Below, in pieces: positions 36,051 to 46,420 of a stretch of DNA of 64,000 nt (positions are counted from its first letter, which is position 1; each line of letters begins with the position of its first letter). Origin of the DNA: a phage; sequence record PZ445487.1; one strand, 5' to 3'. Below the pieces are notes generated by a model. It searched no databases, was not told where the DNA came from, and saw nothing but the letters and a program-made list of their open reading frames with translations. A program made the translations under genes and the position numbers.

Positions 36051-36719
36051 ATGAACAACAAGAGCCGTATTATCATCGGGGCTGACCAGGGTAATTTATA
36101 TTTTGAAAGATCTGGTGTTGTCGCCCACGCTATCCTTCCCACTGGAATTTCCGTTTATTGTGTGGAACATCCTGACCCTGCAGTTAAACGTCTTTGCTAT
36201 GTCTCCCGTGAAAATGGACTAATTGTATTGCCAGAAGGCGCGATTATGCGCGCTCGTTTTTGGCCGATCGATTTTAATTCCATGAGCAATAGGGAGATCG
36301 ACGCCCGTTTCTTCGTACATAATATGAACCGGACTCTGAAAAATGAAACTCAGAGAGTTGTTCATTTCGACAATGAAACTCATGGAGTGACGTTAGAATT
36401 CAGAACTCGTGGTGAAGCTCTTCAGGTGAAGAAATCAAGCTGGAAAACTGAAGGGACGTTCACATATGATTATGCGTTAATCGACAAATTGTGTAATCAG
36501 TTTCGCATTAGCCTGACTGCCAACGACGATTTAGGTCAGTATGTTGTATGGACAGCCCGTTCACCACATATGAACGGTATCATGATGGAGAGTGAAACTC
36601 GTAATCGCGCTGTGCTCCAACTGCTGCTGTTAGACGCGTATTCTCGCAACCCGTTGGAATATCTGTCTCGGGAACAGATTGATAACGCGCTTTCTCATTG
36701 TAACCGTCTGGAGGTGTAA
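36051..36719 (+). CDS. Hypothetical protein (222 aa)
   Basis: ORF with no recognisable motif. Confidence 0.5.
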   Translation: MNNKSRIIIGADQGNLYFERSGVVAHAILPTGISVYCVEHPDPAVKRLCYVSRENGLIVLPEGAIMRARFWPIDFNSMSNREIDARFFVHNMNRTLKNETQRVVHFDNETHGVTLEFRTRGEALQVKKSSWKTEGTFTYDYALIDKLCNQFRISLTANDDLGQYVVWTARSPHMNGIMMESETRNRAVLQLLLLDAYSRNPLEYLSREQIDNALSHCNRLEV

Positions 36720-36720
36720 T

Positions 36721-37008
36721 ATGTCCGGCGTATGGTGTGATGTATTGTTGGTAAGATTTTCAAACGGGATGGATAATCAGATCATTTCATTCTTTTATCC
36801 TGTTCCCTTTTCTTCTATGGGTCTGACTGTCAAGCGCGTTCTTGACATAGAAGAAAAACTCAACACGATGCCGTATATGGCGCGACCACACGTGCTGGGT
36901 TGTGAACTGTTAAACGAAATGATGATTGACGAGAATCTTGTTGAAACAATTATCACGCGTGAACAGATGAAAACCATACTGTCTCAGGGAGAACCCCATG
37001 TCGAATAA
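36721..37008 (+). CDS. Hypothetical protein (95 aa)
   Basis: ATG immediately after the preceding stop. Confidence 0.4.
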   Translation: MSGVWCDVLLVRFSNGMDNQIISFFYPVPFSSMGLTVKRVLDIEEKLNTMPYMARPHVLGCELLNEMMIDENLVETIITREQMKTILSQGEPHVE

Positions 37009-37318
37009 ACCGTTTGAACTTAAATTTCGCGTTTGGCATATTCCCCAGGTTCCTGGGATCGCTTTTCATGTTGAGGTTCCAACATTTGAAGAAGCGCAGC
37101 GCCTGAAGAATACTCTGGCTGATTATGATTTGTTCCAGTTCAACAACAATATCAAGCCGGATTATTGTAATGCTTCGGGCATTCAGATTTATCAACATGA
37201 TCTGACTGAAGAAGATCTAAATGATATGGGACTGGATGATCGTTGGGTTGATATCGAAGATATTGACGAACTCAACGATTATTTTGATCATCTGCGTAGC
37301 ACAGGGTGGGAAATATGA
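36998..37318 (+). CDS. Hypothetical acidic protein (106 aa)
   Basis: ORF overlapping neighbouring gene ends; Asp/Glu-rich C-terminus. Confidence 0.45.
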   Translation: MSNKPFELKFRVWHIPQVPGIAFHVEVPTFEEAQRLKNTLADYDLFQFNNNIKPDYCNASGIQIYQHDLTEEDLNDMGLDDRWVDIEDIDELNDYFDHLRSTGWEI

Positions 37319-37524
37319 TCGGGTTAATCCGTTATCTGTTCATATTCGTAATAACAACATTCATTTTATTTTTCTTTTTCAAATACTTGAAAGAGACTAA
37401 AATCTACCGGAGTAAACGTTGGCGCAAACGGGTGAGGGTAACTTTCCTACTGCTGATTTCTTCGGTTACAATAACTGCACTCACATTGGGTGCTTATATT
37501 TACATTTTTGAAGGAGTACATTGA
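37315..37524 (+). CDS. Small membrane protein (69 aa, two predicted TM segments)
   Basis: Hydrophobic stretches LIRYLFIFVITTFILFFFF and FLLLISSVTITALTLGAYIYIF; overlaps the downstream SPFH gene start. Confidence 0.4.
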   Translation: MIGLIRYLFIFVITTFILFFFFKYLKETKIYRSKRWRKRVRVTFLLLISSVTITALTLGAYIYIFEGVH

Positions 37525-38315
37525 TGTTCAAGAAACTGGTATTTGGCGCAATTATGGTCCTAGCGGCAAGCCTTCTTTCAGGCTGCGGCGGTGTTATCGA
37601 TGAAGGAAACGTCGGTGTTCGAACCCAATGGGGTGAAGTGGACATGAACCCTGTAACCGCAGGTATCTACACCAGTTTCGTTTCAAGTGTAGATGTCTAT
37701 ACGACTAAAGAAGCCGTCGTGAGTCTGACGAAAATGACGCCAAAGGCCAAAGACAACCTGACCTTGGAAGATCTGGATGTGGACGTTTATTACACACCGA
37801 ACGTCGCGAAGGTTCCTTGGTTCCATACCAAATTTGCAGGTCAGAGCGCTGAACTCGGTGACGGCACGATAGCGGTGGGATTCAACCTGGTTAAAACCGC
37901 CGCAGCATCCTCAACGATGGACGCCGTTTCTTCTTTGGATTCTATGACAATTCACACCCAACGGGCTGAGTTAGAAAAGATGATCAAGGAACGCACCCAG
38001 CAGCAATTAGAAACAGCTGCACCTGGCATGTTCACAATCACACGCGTGTTGGTCAAAAAGGCGCTGACAGATCCTTCGATTGAGCAATCTATCCGTGATA
38101 ATGTCATGGCCGACAAACGTTTGGATACAGCAAGAAAGAACGTTGAAATTCGCGACCAAGAAGCCAAGGCGAATCAGAAACTGACGACATCTCTGACACC
38201 TGAATATTTACAACACGAATATAACATGGTGTTGCAATCTTGCGCCAACAGCGGGAAATGTACTCTGATTGTTGATGGTTCAGGCTCAAGTAAAATGCTA
38301 AACGTCGGCAAATAA
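37521..38315 (+). CDS. Lipoprotein with SPFH/band-7-like domain
   Basis: Lipoprotein signal MMFKKLVFGAIMVLAASLLSGC; then IDEGNVGVRTQWGEV, resembling the start of SPFH domains; helical C-terminus. Confidence 0.5.
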   Translation: MMFKKLVFGAIMVLAASLLSGCGGVIDEGNVGVRTQWGEVDMNPVTAGIYTSFVSSVDVYTTKEAVVSLTKMTPKAKDNLTLEDLDVDVYYTPNVAKVPWFHTKFAGQSAELGDGTIAVGFNLVKTAAASSTMDAVSSLDSMTIHTQRAELEKMIKERTQQQLETAAPGMFTITRVLVKKALTDPSIEQSIRDNVMADKRLDTARKNVEIRDQEAKANQKLTTSLTPEYLQHEYNMVLQSCANSGKCTLIVDGSGSSKMLNVGK

Positions 38316-38398
38316 ACGCTTTATTCAATAATATTTGTTAGGTAAGCTGTAGTCCTCTTGTAGTGAAACATTGTAAACAACTAACTGGAGTAATCCGA

Positions 38399-38677
38399 AT
38401 GAACCGTACTGATTTTATTGCTCACATCGCCCAGACTCAGGGTATGACCAAAGGCGAAGCTGAGAAAATCGTTGCATCTTTTATCAATGGCGTGAAAACT
38501 GCAGTCGCGGCTGGCCAATCTGTCCAATTCGTAGGCTTCGGCGCGTTCGAAGTTAAACATCAGGAAGCGCGCACTGGCCGCAACCCGCTGAACGGACAAC
38601 AGATCCAGATCGAAGCGAAAAATGTAGTTAAATTCAAAGTCGGTGAAGGTCTGAAAGCTGCTGCCAACGGCCAGTAA
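38399..38677 (+). CDS. HU/IHF-family DNA-binding protein
   Basis: MNRTDFIAHIA...GEAEKIV..F...QFVGFGAFEVKHQEARTGRNPLNGQQIQIEAKNVVKFKVGEGLK matches the HU consensus including the RNP arm; SD ggag. Confidence 0.8.
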   Translation: MNRTDFIAHIAQTQGMTKGEAEKIVASFINGVKTAVAAGQSVQFVGFGAFEVKHQEARTGRNPLNGQQIQIEAKNVVKFKVGEGLKAAANGQ

Positions 38678-38737
38678 TCACACCAGGCGTCGGCCCAGCG
38701 CATGTCTGCAGTGCAGCGGCGCAAGGCTAAAAGGAGA

Positions 38738-38765
38738 AGCCGAGGTTAATGCCTCGGCTTTTTCG
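38738..38765 (+). terminator. Rho-independent terminator after the HU gene
   Basis: agccgagg-ttaat-gcctcggct followed by ttttt. Confidence 0.6.
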
Positions 38766-38812
38766 TTGTTGGGATTCGGGTAAACTATAACAGAATCCAA
38801 AGGAGGAACAAC

Positions 38813-40534
38813 GTGACAGCATTTAATCAACACCGAAAGGCGATTGACGCCATAGGCCGTAAGGTTCCTGTGGAAGAAATACAACGCCTTACCAAAGATG
38901 AATTCCCATATGACAAAGCGAACCCAGGCCAGATGGAATGCATCGTCGAAGCCATAGATGCGCTTATCAACAAAAAGGTTAAACATGTCATCATTGAAGC
39001 TCCGACAGGTGTCGGTAAATCTTTGATTGGCACTACCATTCATAAAGTGATTCGCCATCTAGTTTTACAGGCTGATCCTTATGGGCAATTTCGCACTTCT
39101 ATCAGCACCCCGACCAAAGGTCTGCAAGATCAGTATGCTGCTGAAAAGGCGGTGGCGATAGACATCCTAAAAGGCAAGAAGAACTATCGTTGCCACGTAC
39201 ATCCAGATGTGTATTACAATGCTGTCCAATGCCGTATAGCATGCCGTGACGGGCATTGTAGCAAACGCCGCTGTCCTTATGTACAGGCGCGTAATTTGTG
39301 GACGGATATTTCATCATTGCGTTGTACTAATGCTGCCATGATGATCGAAATGTGTACAACCATCTGCATGAAGCCCGAAAACCGTTCCGATATGCTGATC
39401 CTTGACGAGTGCCATAAAATGCCCTCTACGCTCCTAGAGCACACGATCATGGAATACAATACAAAGGCCGTGGAGGGGCTGCGTTCTATCCCTGAGGGCA
39501 AGGAGATCGTCTCTACCATTGGTGATATCGTAGAACGCACCAAGGACTATGTCCTGGGCAAGTTATATTCTTTGTCTGGTGAACTGCATTCAATGTTTGA
39601 AGCCCTCCATCTCAAAGTAGAAAATTTGTTGGAAGTTCTTGAAGAATTGGTCGAAGATGATCGCTTGAGTGAAAGCCAAGTGATGAAACTCGCCGACATT
39701 ATAGATGTCTTGCATAACTTGAGTGATTATTGCGGTATTATGTCACAAACCCAAGCAAGTACATTTATTGTGCAAGATAAGGGGGAAGATTTTATCCGGT
39801 TTAAACCTGTTATGCCTTCTGATGTAAGCGAATTCGGGTTATTCCGAAAAGCCGATTATCACGTTCATATGTCAGCAACGATCTGTGGTATAGATTCATA
39901 TGCTCGTTCATTGGGTATTCGACAGGGGGATTATCATTCCATTCAGATCGGCAACCCTATCCCGATTGAAAACAGAAAAGTCAACTATATGCCCATAGTG
40001 AAGATGACTAACAATATGGGTGACTATGAAATGAAAAGGTTGACGGAATATATTGATGAAATAATCGCGTTCCACCCAGGTCAGTCCGGCATTATCCATA
40101 CAGTGAGTTATGATCGCGCCTTGGCAATACAAAAATTCAGCAAATATCAGAATTTTATCCATGTTCCGCGTACCCGAAAGGCGTTGATGGATATTATGGA
40201 AAATGCTTTTAGAACAAAGTCCCCATGCGTCATTGCCAGTCCGGCTATGGAAGAAGGTTATGATTTCAAAGGGGATTACAGCCGTTTCCAAATACTGATC
40301 AAAGTCCCTTATGATTATCTGGGCGATCCACTGATAGCACATATCAATTCAGTGGATCCGTCGGCATACTTCCGCAATGCAGTACTGCGCATTGTTCAAA
40401 TGTGTGGACGTTCGGTCAGGGGTGTTGATGACTGGGCTGCGACATACATCATTGATTCATCCTTTGAATCTCTTATGATGCGCAACCCAGAATTCTTCCC
40501 AACCTGGTTCACCGATGCAGTGTTTGAGGTTTAA
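38813..40534 (+). CDS. DinG/XPD-family (Rad3-like) FeS helicase
   Basis: GTG start with SD aaggagga; Walker A EAPTGVGKS, DECH box ILDECHK, four Cys between helicase motifs (CHVHPD...C...CRDGHC...RRCPY), motif VI GRSVRG. Confidence 0.7.
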   Translation: MTAFNQHRKAIDAIGRKVPVEEIQRLTKDEFPYDKANPGQMECIVEAIDALINKKVKHVIIEAPTGVGKSLIGTTIHKVIRHLVLQADPYGQFRTSISTPTKGLQDQYAAEKAVAIDILKGKKNYRCHVHPDVYYNAVQCRIACRDGHCSKRRCPYVQARNLWTDISSLRCTNAAMMIEMCTTICMKPENRSDMLILDECHKMPSTLLEHTIMEYNTKAVEGLRSIPEGKEIVSTIGDIVERTKDYVLGKLYSLSGELHSMFEALHLKVENLLEVLEELVEDDRLSESQVMKLADIIDVLHNLSDYCGIMSQTQASTFIVQDKGEDFIRFKPVMPSDVSEFGLFRKADYHVHMSATICGIDSYARSLGIRQGDYHSIQIGNPIPIENRKVNYMPIVKMTNNMGDYEMKRLTEYIDEIIAFHPGQSGIIHTVSYDRALAIQKFSKYQNFIHVPRTRKALMDIMENAFRTKSPCVIASPAMEEGYDFKGDYSRFQILIKVPYDYLGDPLIAHINSVDPSAYFRNAVLRIVQMCGRSVRGVDDWAATYIIDSSFESLMMRNPEFFPTWFTDAVFEV

Positions 40535-41298
40535 TAACCCGCAATAAACGATAAATGGCACTTGATATTTGGTTCAAGTGTCGTTATCGTGATAATCATA
40601 TTGTCCACATCTTGGCTGAAAGATATATTTGCGATCGGTTTGGTTTGAACATGATTATACAGGCTATAAATCAGATCTTCACCACGATAACCGATTTTGC
40701 CATCAGTGTCCTGCCAATGACCGAGGGTAGACTCTCGAGCGTGTACTCGGAATTCGACCATATGAAACAATGCTTTTGGGATGGTCTTCAGTATGCTGGT
40801 CCCAACAACCGGAATATCAATAGAAGAGTCGTTGGAGTTTCCTTCATAAACAGATTCCCAACCAAATATTGGATCACCTCCTGCCACAGGAGTTCTTTTC
40901 CAGTATTGGAATTCTGGGTTGCCCGAAGCGTTCTTTTGTAGGAGGATTACTTCACCGCCTTCAAAATTGGAAGTGTCTATATCGTCCCTTGCTAATAAAT
41001 CTGCCGGAGAACCAATAAATTTCCAAGTTTCGCGATCTAAAATAGACTTATAATAATCGGTGAATACGTTGCTGTCGTTAGCTGCATTGATTGCGTCTTT
41101 AAGACCTTCACCTGTGACCATCTCATTAAGTTTTAGCCACATGTTTTTGACAGCTGACGCAGCTGCGACTTGACCTTCAGTCCCACCCGCCGTGTAGTCA
41201 TAAATGATGTCCAGCTTTTGTATGGAATCATTTATAGACAAGAGCAAACGCTCAATTTCTGGGGCGGTCAGACTGAAACGATATGCGCGTTCTGACAT
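40531..41298 (-). CDS. Hypothetical protein (255 aa), opposite strand
   Basis: Minus-strand ORF converging on the helicase gene; SD gagga 7 nt upstream of its ATG. Confidence 0.5.
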   Translation of the reverse strand: MSERAYRFSLTAPEIERLLLSINDSIQKLDIIYDYTAGGTEGQVAAASAVKNMWLKLNEMVTGEGLKDAINAANDSNVFTDYYKSILDRETWKFIGSPADLLARDDIDTSNFEGGEVILLQKNASGNPEFQYWKRTPVAGGDPIFGWESVYEGNSNDSSIDIPVVGTSILKTIPKALFHMVEFRVHARESTLGHWQDTDGKIGYRGEDLIYSLYNHVQTKPIANISFSQDVDNMIITITTLEPNIKCHLSFIAGY

Positions 41299-41340
41299 GA
41301 TTCGTTCCTCATCGATAAAACCAGTTTGGGATACTTATAC

Positions 41341-41868
41341 ATGATTGAAATATACACTGACGGGGCATCGTCCCCTCAGAAGACACGAGCCGCTGGTTGG
41401 GCATTTGCCATCAGTCCAATCACTGGAGAGCAATGGAAAGTGTTTTATGGGTATTTACCCCCGCCGTCAACGAACAATATAGCTGAGTTACTCGGGGTTA
41501 TAAACGCAATGAAGATCCTATGGAAATTCTCTAATTGCGGTGAACGCTGCATTCCCCCAGCCCGCATTATATCCGACAGCCAATATGTTATCAATAGCGT
41601 TTTGGAGTGGCGTCGTAAATGGGAATATGAAGGAATGCCGCCTAAGAACACAGAACTTCTGCTCGAGTTGTTCGATTATTATGACAAAGTTTGTTCAATT
41701 TGTGAACTTGAATTAAAATGGGTGAAAGGTCATGCAGGAACGATGGGCAACGAAATTGCGGATCAGTGGAGCGTTAGAGCCAAAGAAGATAGTTCAATGG
41801 TTCTTGAAAATAACCGTTTCTCGGTCAAGAAAGTCGTTGGTTCTTTCAATGAATTCATTGGTATTTGA
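41341..41868 (+). CDS. Ribonuclease HI
   Basis: IEIYTDGAS...TNNIAEL...SDSQYVINSV...WVKGHAGTMGNEIAD follows the E. coli RNase HI catalytic blocks (D, E, D, H, D). Confidence 0.8.
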   Translation: MIEIYTDGASSPQKTRAAGWAFAISPITGEQWKVFYGYLPPPSTNNIAELLGVINAMKILWKFSNCGERCIPPARIISDSQYVINSVLEWRRKWEYEGMPPKNTELLLELFDYYDKVCSICELELKWVKGHAGTMGNEIADQWSVRAKEDSSMVLENNRFSVKKVVGSFNEFIGI

Positions 41869-41879
41869 GGATTATCACG

Positions 41880-42671
41880 ATGGGTATGAATTTTGTAGAC
41901 AGGGGTGATAACGTCACCAAATATTTCACAGACGAAGATAATGACCGTGTTGTTGGAATATTGAGAGATTGGATTCCGGCTCGCAAAAAGGCTTTGGCCG
42001 AAGGAACACCCCTACCAAGAATCCCCAATTATGTGGCCATGAATGTTCAGATGATTATTAAGAACATGAGTATGCGCTACAACTATCGTGATTATCCATA
42101 CCGCGAAGACATGGTCAGTGAGGCCGTTGTCAACATCCTTCGTTACCTCCATACATTTGACGTCAGTCATATCGGCAAGAAAGGAAAAATCAATTTCTTC
42201 TCTTGGGTAACGATGTGCGCCGATCGTTCATTCGCCAAGAAACTCACCAGTGAAGAAGAACACAATTATATCAAGTTGCGTTCATTTGAAGAAGCAGGTG
42301 GTTTCGCTGCATTATCAGATGACCCAGACTTCCAGCAACAGACATTCGTAGACAGCACTGGTATAACAATGGACTTCCGTGAGCGTATCGGAAATTTTGA
42401 AACTAAGAAAGAAGCACAGCGCGAAAAGGAACGCCAAAAGCAAATCGCCATCAAAGAAGAGGAAAAGAATAAGAAAATTCCTCGCGGTATACTTCAATGT
42501 CTCACAAAGAGTGAAAATACCATTACCGCCGACGCCGAAGATAATTCAGACTATGACTTCGGCTCTACTCAATTCAATCTGGAAGACGAAATATGTTCTA
42601 TGGAACCAGATTGGGAAGAAGCAAAGAAACGAGCATTAGAACGGGAGCAACAAAATAATGGCGATTGCTAA
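41880..42671 (+). CDS. 55: Late-transcription sigma factor (gp55-like), extended
   Basis: Region VAMNVQMIIKNMSMRYNYRDY...NILRYLHTFD...FFSWVTMCADRSF parallels T4 gp55 (LAIMLIAEGLSKRFNFSGY...KGLHNFD...YITQACFNAFVQRI); gene order 55-47-46 as in T4. Confidence 0.5.
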   Translation: MGMNFVDRGDNVTKYFTDEDNDRVVGILRDWIPARKKALAEGTPLPRIPNYVAMNVQMIIKNMSMRYNYRDYPYREDMVSEAVVNILRYLHTFDVSHIGKKGKINFFSWVTMCADRSFAKKLTSEEEHNYIKLRSFEEAGGFAALSDDPDFQQQTFVDSTGITMDFRERIGNFETKKEAQREKERQKQIAIKEEEKNKKIPRGILQCLTKSENTITADAEDNSDYDFGSTQFNLEDEICSMEPDWEEAKKRALEREQQNNGDC

Positions 42672-43773
42672 AATAGGCGATTTACATATCGGGAGCCGTA
42701 ATGGTTCCCGTTACGTTCGAGAATTCATAAAGAATTATCTCATCAATTATTTTATTCCAGAATTGGTTGACGCCGATATTAAAGAAGTGTGGCAATTTGG
42801 TGATACGTTTGATGTTCGCAAATTCATGTATGGTCGCGATAAAGATTGGTTGAAAGATGAATTGACGCCAGCGCTGCGCAAAGCAGGTATTAAATGGAAT
42901 GGCATCGTCGGCAACCATGATATCACGTTAGAAGAGTCCAATCGTATTAACTGGCCTTCTTATCTTAATGAATTGGCACCGGATGTTTATCATTATTACA
43001 GCGAACCAACTGAAGTAATGATTGAAGGTGTCAAGACCCTCCTACTGCCGTGGATTAACAAAGAGAACTATGATGCGTCCATTAAAGCGATACAAGATAC
43101 AGACGCCAAGTACTGTTTTGCGCATCTGGAGTTGGCAGGGTTCAAAATGTACCAGTCCTCTGTATGTGATAAAGGTCAGATCGACGTGGCGCTCCTTTCG
43201 AAATTCGAGCGCGTGGATACCGGACATTTCCATACCCGTTCGATGGAAGGTAACATTCAGTATATTGGGACTCCTTATCACCTTACCTGGGAAGACCACA
43301 AAGACGGGACGAACCGAGGATTCTATGTAGACGACATGAATGGCGGGGAATTGTTTATCCCCAACAACGAACAACAAACGTTGTTCCGGTTCGTGGAATA
43401 CGACTACACCCAAATGTCTTCTGATACTGAAGGTAATTGGATCGACCCCGATTGGTTAAACAATGTTTTGGGTATTGAAGGGCAAATCGTTAAGGTGATT
43501 GTACAGAACCGTGACAATGCCAAGCATTATGAAAAGTTCTGTGACGCATTGAAGCGCTGTAAATGCATCGATTACAACTTCATCGATCGGACGATTACTG
43601 TTGCTTCCGAGAAGGTAGAAGTCACTGAAGAGATGGTGGCTACTGATGCGGTGGAAGTCTTGAAGAAAGATATCCGCGCCGCCAATAATATCCAGCGCCC
43701 TGAAAATGTTTGCAAATTAGCAGAACAATTCTATAATGCTGCCCAACAACGCCTGAACACATTGGATGCATAA
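42658..43773 (+). CDS. 47: Recombination nuclease subunit gp47 (Mre11/SbcD-like)
   Basis: Metallophosphatase motifs GDLHIG, GDTFD, GNHD, HLE; directly upstream of the Rad50-like gene. Confidence 0.85.
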   Translation: MAIAKIGDLHIGSRNGSRYVREFIKNYLINYFIPELVDADIKEVWQFGDTFDVRKFMYGRDKDWLKDELTPALRKAGIKWNGIVGNHDITLEESNRINWPSYLNELAPDVYHYYSEPTEVMIEGVKTLLLPWINKENYDASIKAIQDTDAKYCFAHLELAGFKMYQSSVCDKGQIDVALLSKFERVDTGHFHTRSMEGNIQYIGTPYHLTWEDHKDGTNRGFYVDDMNGGELFIPNNEQQTLFRFVEYDYTQMSSDTEGNWIDPDWLNNVLGIEGQIVKVIVQNRDNAKHYEKFCDALKRCKCIDYNFIDRTITVASEKVEVTEEMVATDAVEVLKKDIRAANNIQRPENVCKLAEQFYNAAQQRLNTLDA

Positions 43774-43775
43774 TA

Positions 43776-46109
43776 ATGAACAATGTAGACCTATTATCAA
43801 AATTTGGTTCGCTGTTGAAAGAAGCGGACACTCCTGTTTCTGTTGAAGTACCATTTGAAATTCGTGGGGAAATTACCCACAAACTGACTTTCCATCGCGG
43901 TCGCGCTAAAAACTTCCGTTCTATCGGTAATGAATTCATGGAAATTGATTACCAACGCAATTCGGCAACCTTGGTTACATCCGATGACAATGGCGCTGGT
44001 AAATCCACCATGCTTGTCTGGCTGCTGTTCTTCGTTCTGTATAATGACACATATAGCAAGAAAGAAAAGAAAGCCGGATTAGTCAATTCCCAAAACAAAA
44101 AGGAATGCGTGGGTGAAGTTGAGTTCTCCACTCGAGGAAGTGAATGGAAAGTCCGTCGTGGTATCAAACCTGATTTCGTAGAAGTCTATCAGATGGTAGA
44201 CGGTGAGTGGAAGCAGGTCGTGAATGATGCGGCCAAAGCCGACATGAACAAATATATTGTGAACCTGATTGGCGTAGACCAGAAGATGTTTGAGAACTCC
44301 CTGGTTCTAGGCAAAGAGAAGTTCATCCCATTCACGGAAATGTACACTGCCGACCGTCGCGCTATGGTAGAGACAATCTGGGATTTGGGGTTCTTCAGTC
44401 TGATGAATGAAGATGTAAAAGCATCTATCAAGACAGTAACGAATGAACTCACGACGGTCACCAATGATTACGCCTTTCATGATGTAAATTTAAAAGGCCA
44501 GCAAGCGCAGTTGGAACAGATCAATAATTCCAATGCGATGATCCAGCAACAATCTGCGGATATCCTTGTCCAAGAGAAGGAACGTCTGAATAGCCTGAAT
44601 TCAGATATCAACGCAGTGCAGGAACAACTGACAGAGTCCCGTGCTCAAGACTCTAAATTGGAATCAGAATTATCAGAAGTCCGTAATCGCCTGAACGCTG
44701 AAATGAAGGTGGATATCGATTCCATCAATGACGAGTATTTTGCCAAAATTCAAGCGGTTCAGGATGAGGCTGATACCAAGGCTGAAGACTATGAGCGTAT
44801 CGAGGTGTCTGATGGCGAACGTTCATTACAAGAAATTCGGGAGAGAATGGCGGTAGTCGCGGAACGTAAAAATGATCTGGTTAGCCAACGGAATGCTAAC
44901 CTGGATGAACTGAACAAAGCATTAGCGCGGCGTCAGCAGGGTGAGAACTTCCGTATCAAATTCGTAACAGAAATGGAAGGACATGAATCTGCCATCAAAC
45001 GTTTCCACGATATGGGCACTTGCCCTACGTGTACGCAATTAGTGTCGGACGATACCAAATCACGCATTGAAAGTCAATATTATCCACAAATCAGTGAACT
45101 GACTGACAAGATTCTTCAGGTTGATACAGCCCTAGAAGAAGTGAATTCCCTGATTGAGAATTACAATGTCAGAGATTCAGAATTATCTTCTCAGATTTCG
45201 GTTATTGACAAAGAACTGGATGCTTTGCGCAATGAAATTCGAGAAGCGGAATCGGCGATCGCTACATTAAAACGCGACATCCAAGGTTTCTACGAAGTTG
45301 CGGCGGTTGAGAAAACATCTTTACAGCGGGAACAACAGTCCAAAATTAACGACGTCCTCAAGGCCGTAGACACCCGTTACGAAGATATCACGACGTCAAT
45401 CCGTCAAGCCCGTGAGCAGCTCTCTAAGAGTATCAACGACACGGCTGATAAACTCACCAGCCTGAAATCACTCCGTGCCCCTCTGGAGGCATCCATTGCT
45501 GATTTAGAGCGTAAATTGGCGGTTAAGCCGACACCAACTGACGCCCTGGAAGAAGAGATCGCTCGCATCACGGCATTAATGGAAGATCTGAATGCGCGGC
45601 GCGTAGAGTTGGATGAGAAATTGCAAGACCTGAACCATCTTCTGTTCTTCCTAAAAGATGATCAGACCAAGGCTCGAATTATCAGTCTGTATTTGCCTTT
45701 CCTCAATAGTAAAATAAACGAGTATCTTGAAGCACTCAATATGTTCTTGGATATTGCTGTTGATGATACATTTGAAATCACCATGAGCGCTGCTGGTCGT
45801 AAAGGGCAAAGCATATTCTCCCTGTCTACAGGACAACGCAGCCGACTCAATCTGGCTGTGACATTAGCCCTACGGGACGTCGCTAACCTGAAGGCGTCTG
45901 TACAATGTAACCTCTTCGTGTTGGATGAGATACTCGAAAACATGAGTGAGCGAGGGGTTCAAGAATCCATCGAGATGCTGAAACATAAATTTGGTGGGAA
46001 CAATCTGTTTGTCATCAGTCAGCGTGAGCAGGAGTTCCAAGAATATTTCCAACATAACATTCGTTATGGTCTGCGTAATGGCATGACCGAAGTGATTAAG
46101 AAGGATTGA
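43776..46109 (+). CDS. 46: Recombination ATPase subunit gp46 (Rad50/SbcC-like)
   Basis: Walker A DDNGAGKST, long coiled-coil with CPTC zinc hook, signature LSTGQRSRLNLA, Walker B LFVLDE. Confidence 0.85.
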   Translation: MNNVDLLSKFGSLLKEADTPVSVEVPFEIRGEITHKLTFHRGRAKNFRSIGNEFMEIDYQRNSATLVTSDDNGAGKSTMLVWLLFFVLYNDTYSKKEKKAGLVNSQNKKECVGEVEFSTRGSEWKVRRGIKPDFVEVYQMVDGEWKQVVNDAAKADMNKYIVNLIGVDQKMFENSLVLGKEKFIPFTEMYTADRRAMVETIWDLGFFSLMNEDVKASIKTVTNELTTVTNDYAFHDVNLKGQQAQLEQINNSNAMIQQQSADILVQEKERLNSLNSDINAVQEQLTESRAQDSKLESELSEVRNRLNAEMKVDIDSINDEYFAKIQAVQDEADTKAEDYERIEVSDGERSLQEIRERMAVVAERKNDLVSQRNANLDELNKALARRQQGENFRIKFVTEMEGHESAIKRFHDMGTCPTCTQLVSDDTKSRIESQYYPQISELTDKILQVDTALEEVNSLIENYNVRDSELSSQISVIDKELDALRNEIREAESAIATLKRDIQGFYEVAAVEKTSLQREQQSKINDVLKAVDTRYEDITTSIRQAREQLSKSINDTADKLTSLKSLRAPLEASIADLERKLAVKPTPTDALEEEIARITALMEDLNARRVELDEKLQDLNHLLFFLKDDQTKARIISLYLPFLNSKINEYLEALNMFLDIAVDDTFEITMSAAGRKGQSIFSLSTGQRSRLNLAVTLALRDVANLKASVQCNLFVLDEILENMSERGVQESIEMLKHKFGGNNLFVISQREQEFQEYFQHNIRYGLRNGMTEVIKKD

Positions 46110-46420
46110 TCATGGGTAGCCTGATTCGTGTATCAAAGAAATCCAAGGGCGCTGAAAAGCGCCTGTACAAAGCCGTTCGCCTGATGATCCTCTACAAGTA
46201 CAAAGCGGAGAATCAATGCTGGCGCAAGAAGACGCGTGTCCGCTACCAAGTCGCCCAGTACCAGATGAAGCTGCGCGTTATCCGTTTGGCGATGAAGATC
46301 GCAGGGAATTACAAGTATTGGACATGTGAGGCTGTGGGCAGTCGCAAGGCAATTGACCTTGTCGAAGACCGGAATCTGTCCTTCCTGATCAATCTATCTA
46401 ATTATGAGGACATGACATGA
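46106..46420 (+). CDS. Hypothetical basic protein (104 aa)
   Basis: ATGA overlap with gene 46 stop; Lys/Arg-rich. Confidence 0.4.
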   Translation: MIMGSLIRVSKKSKGAEKRLYKAVRLMILYKYKAENQCWRKKTRVRYQVAQYQMKLRVIRLAMKIAGNYKYWTCEAVGSRKAIDLVEDRNLSFLINLSNYEDMT

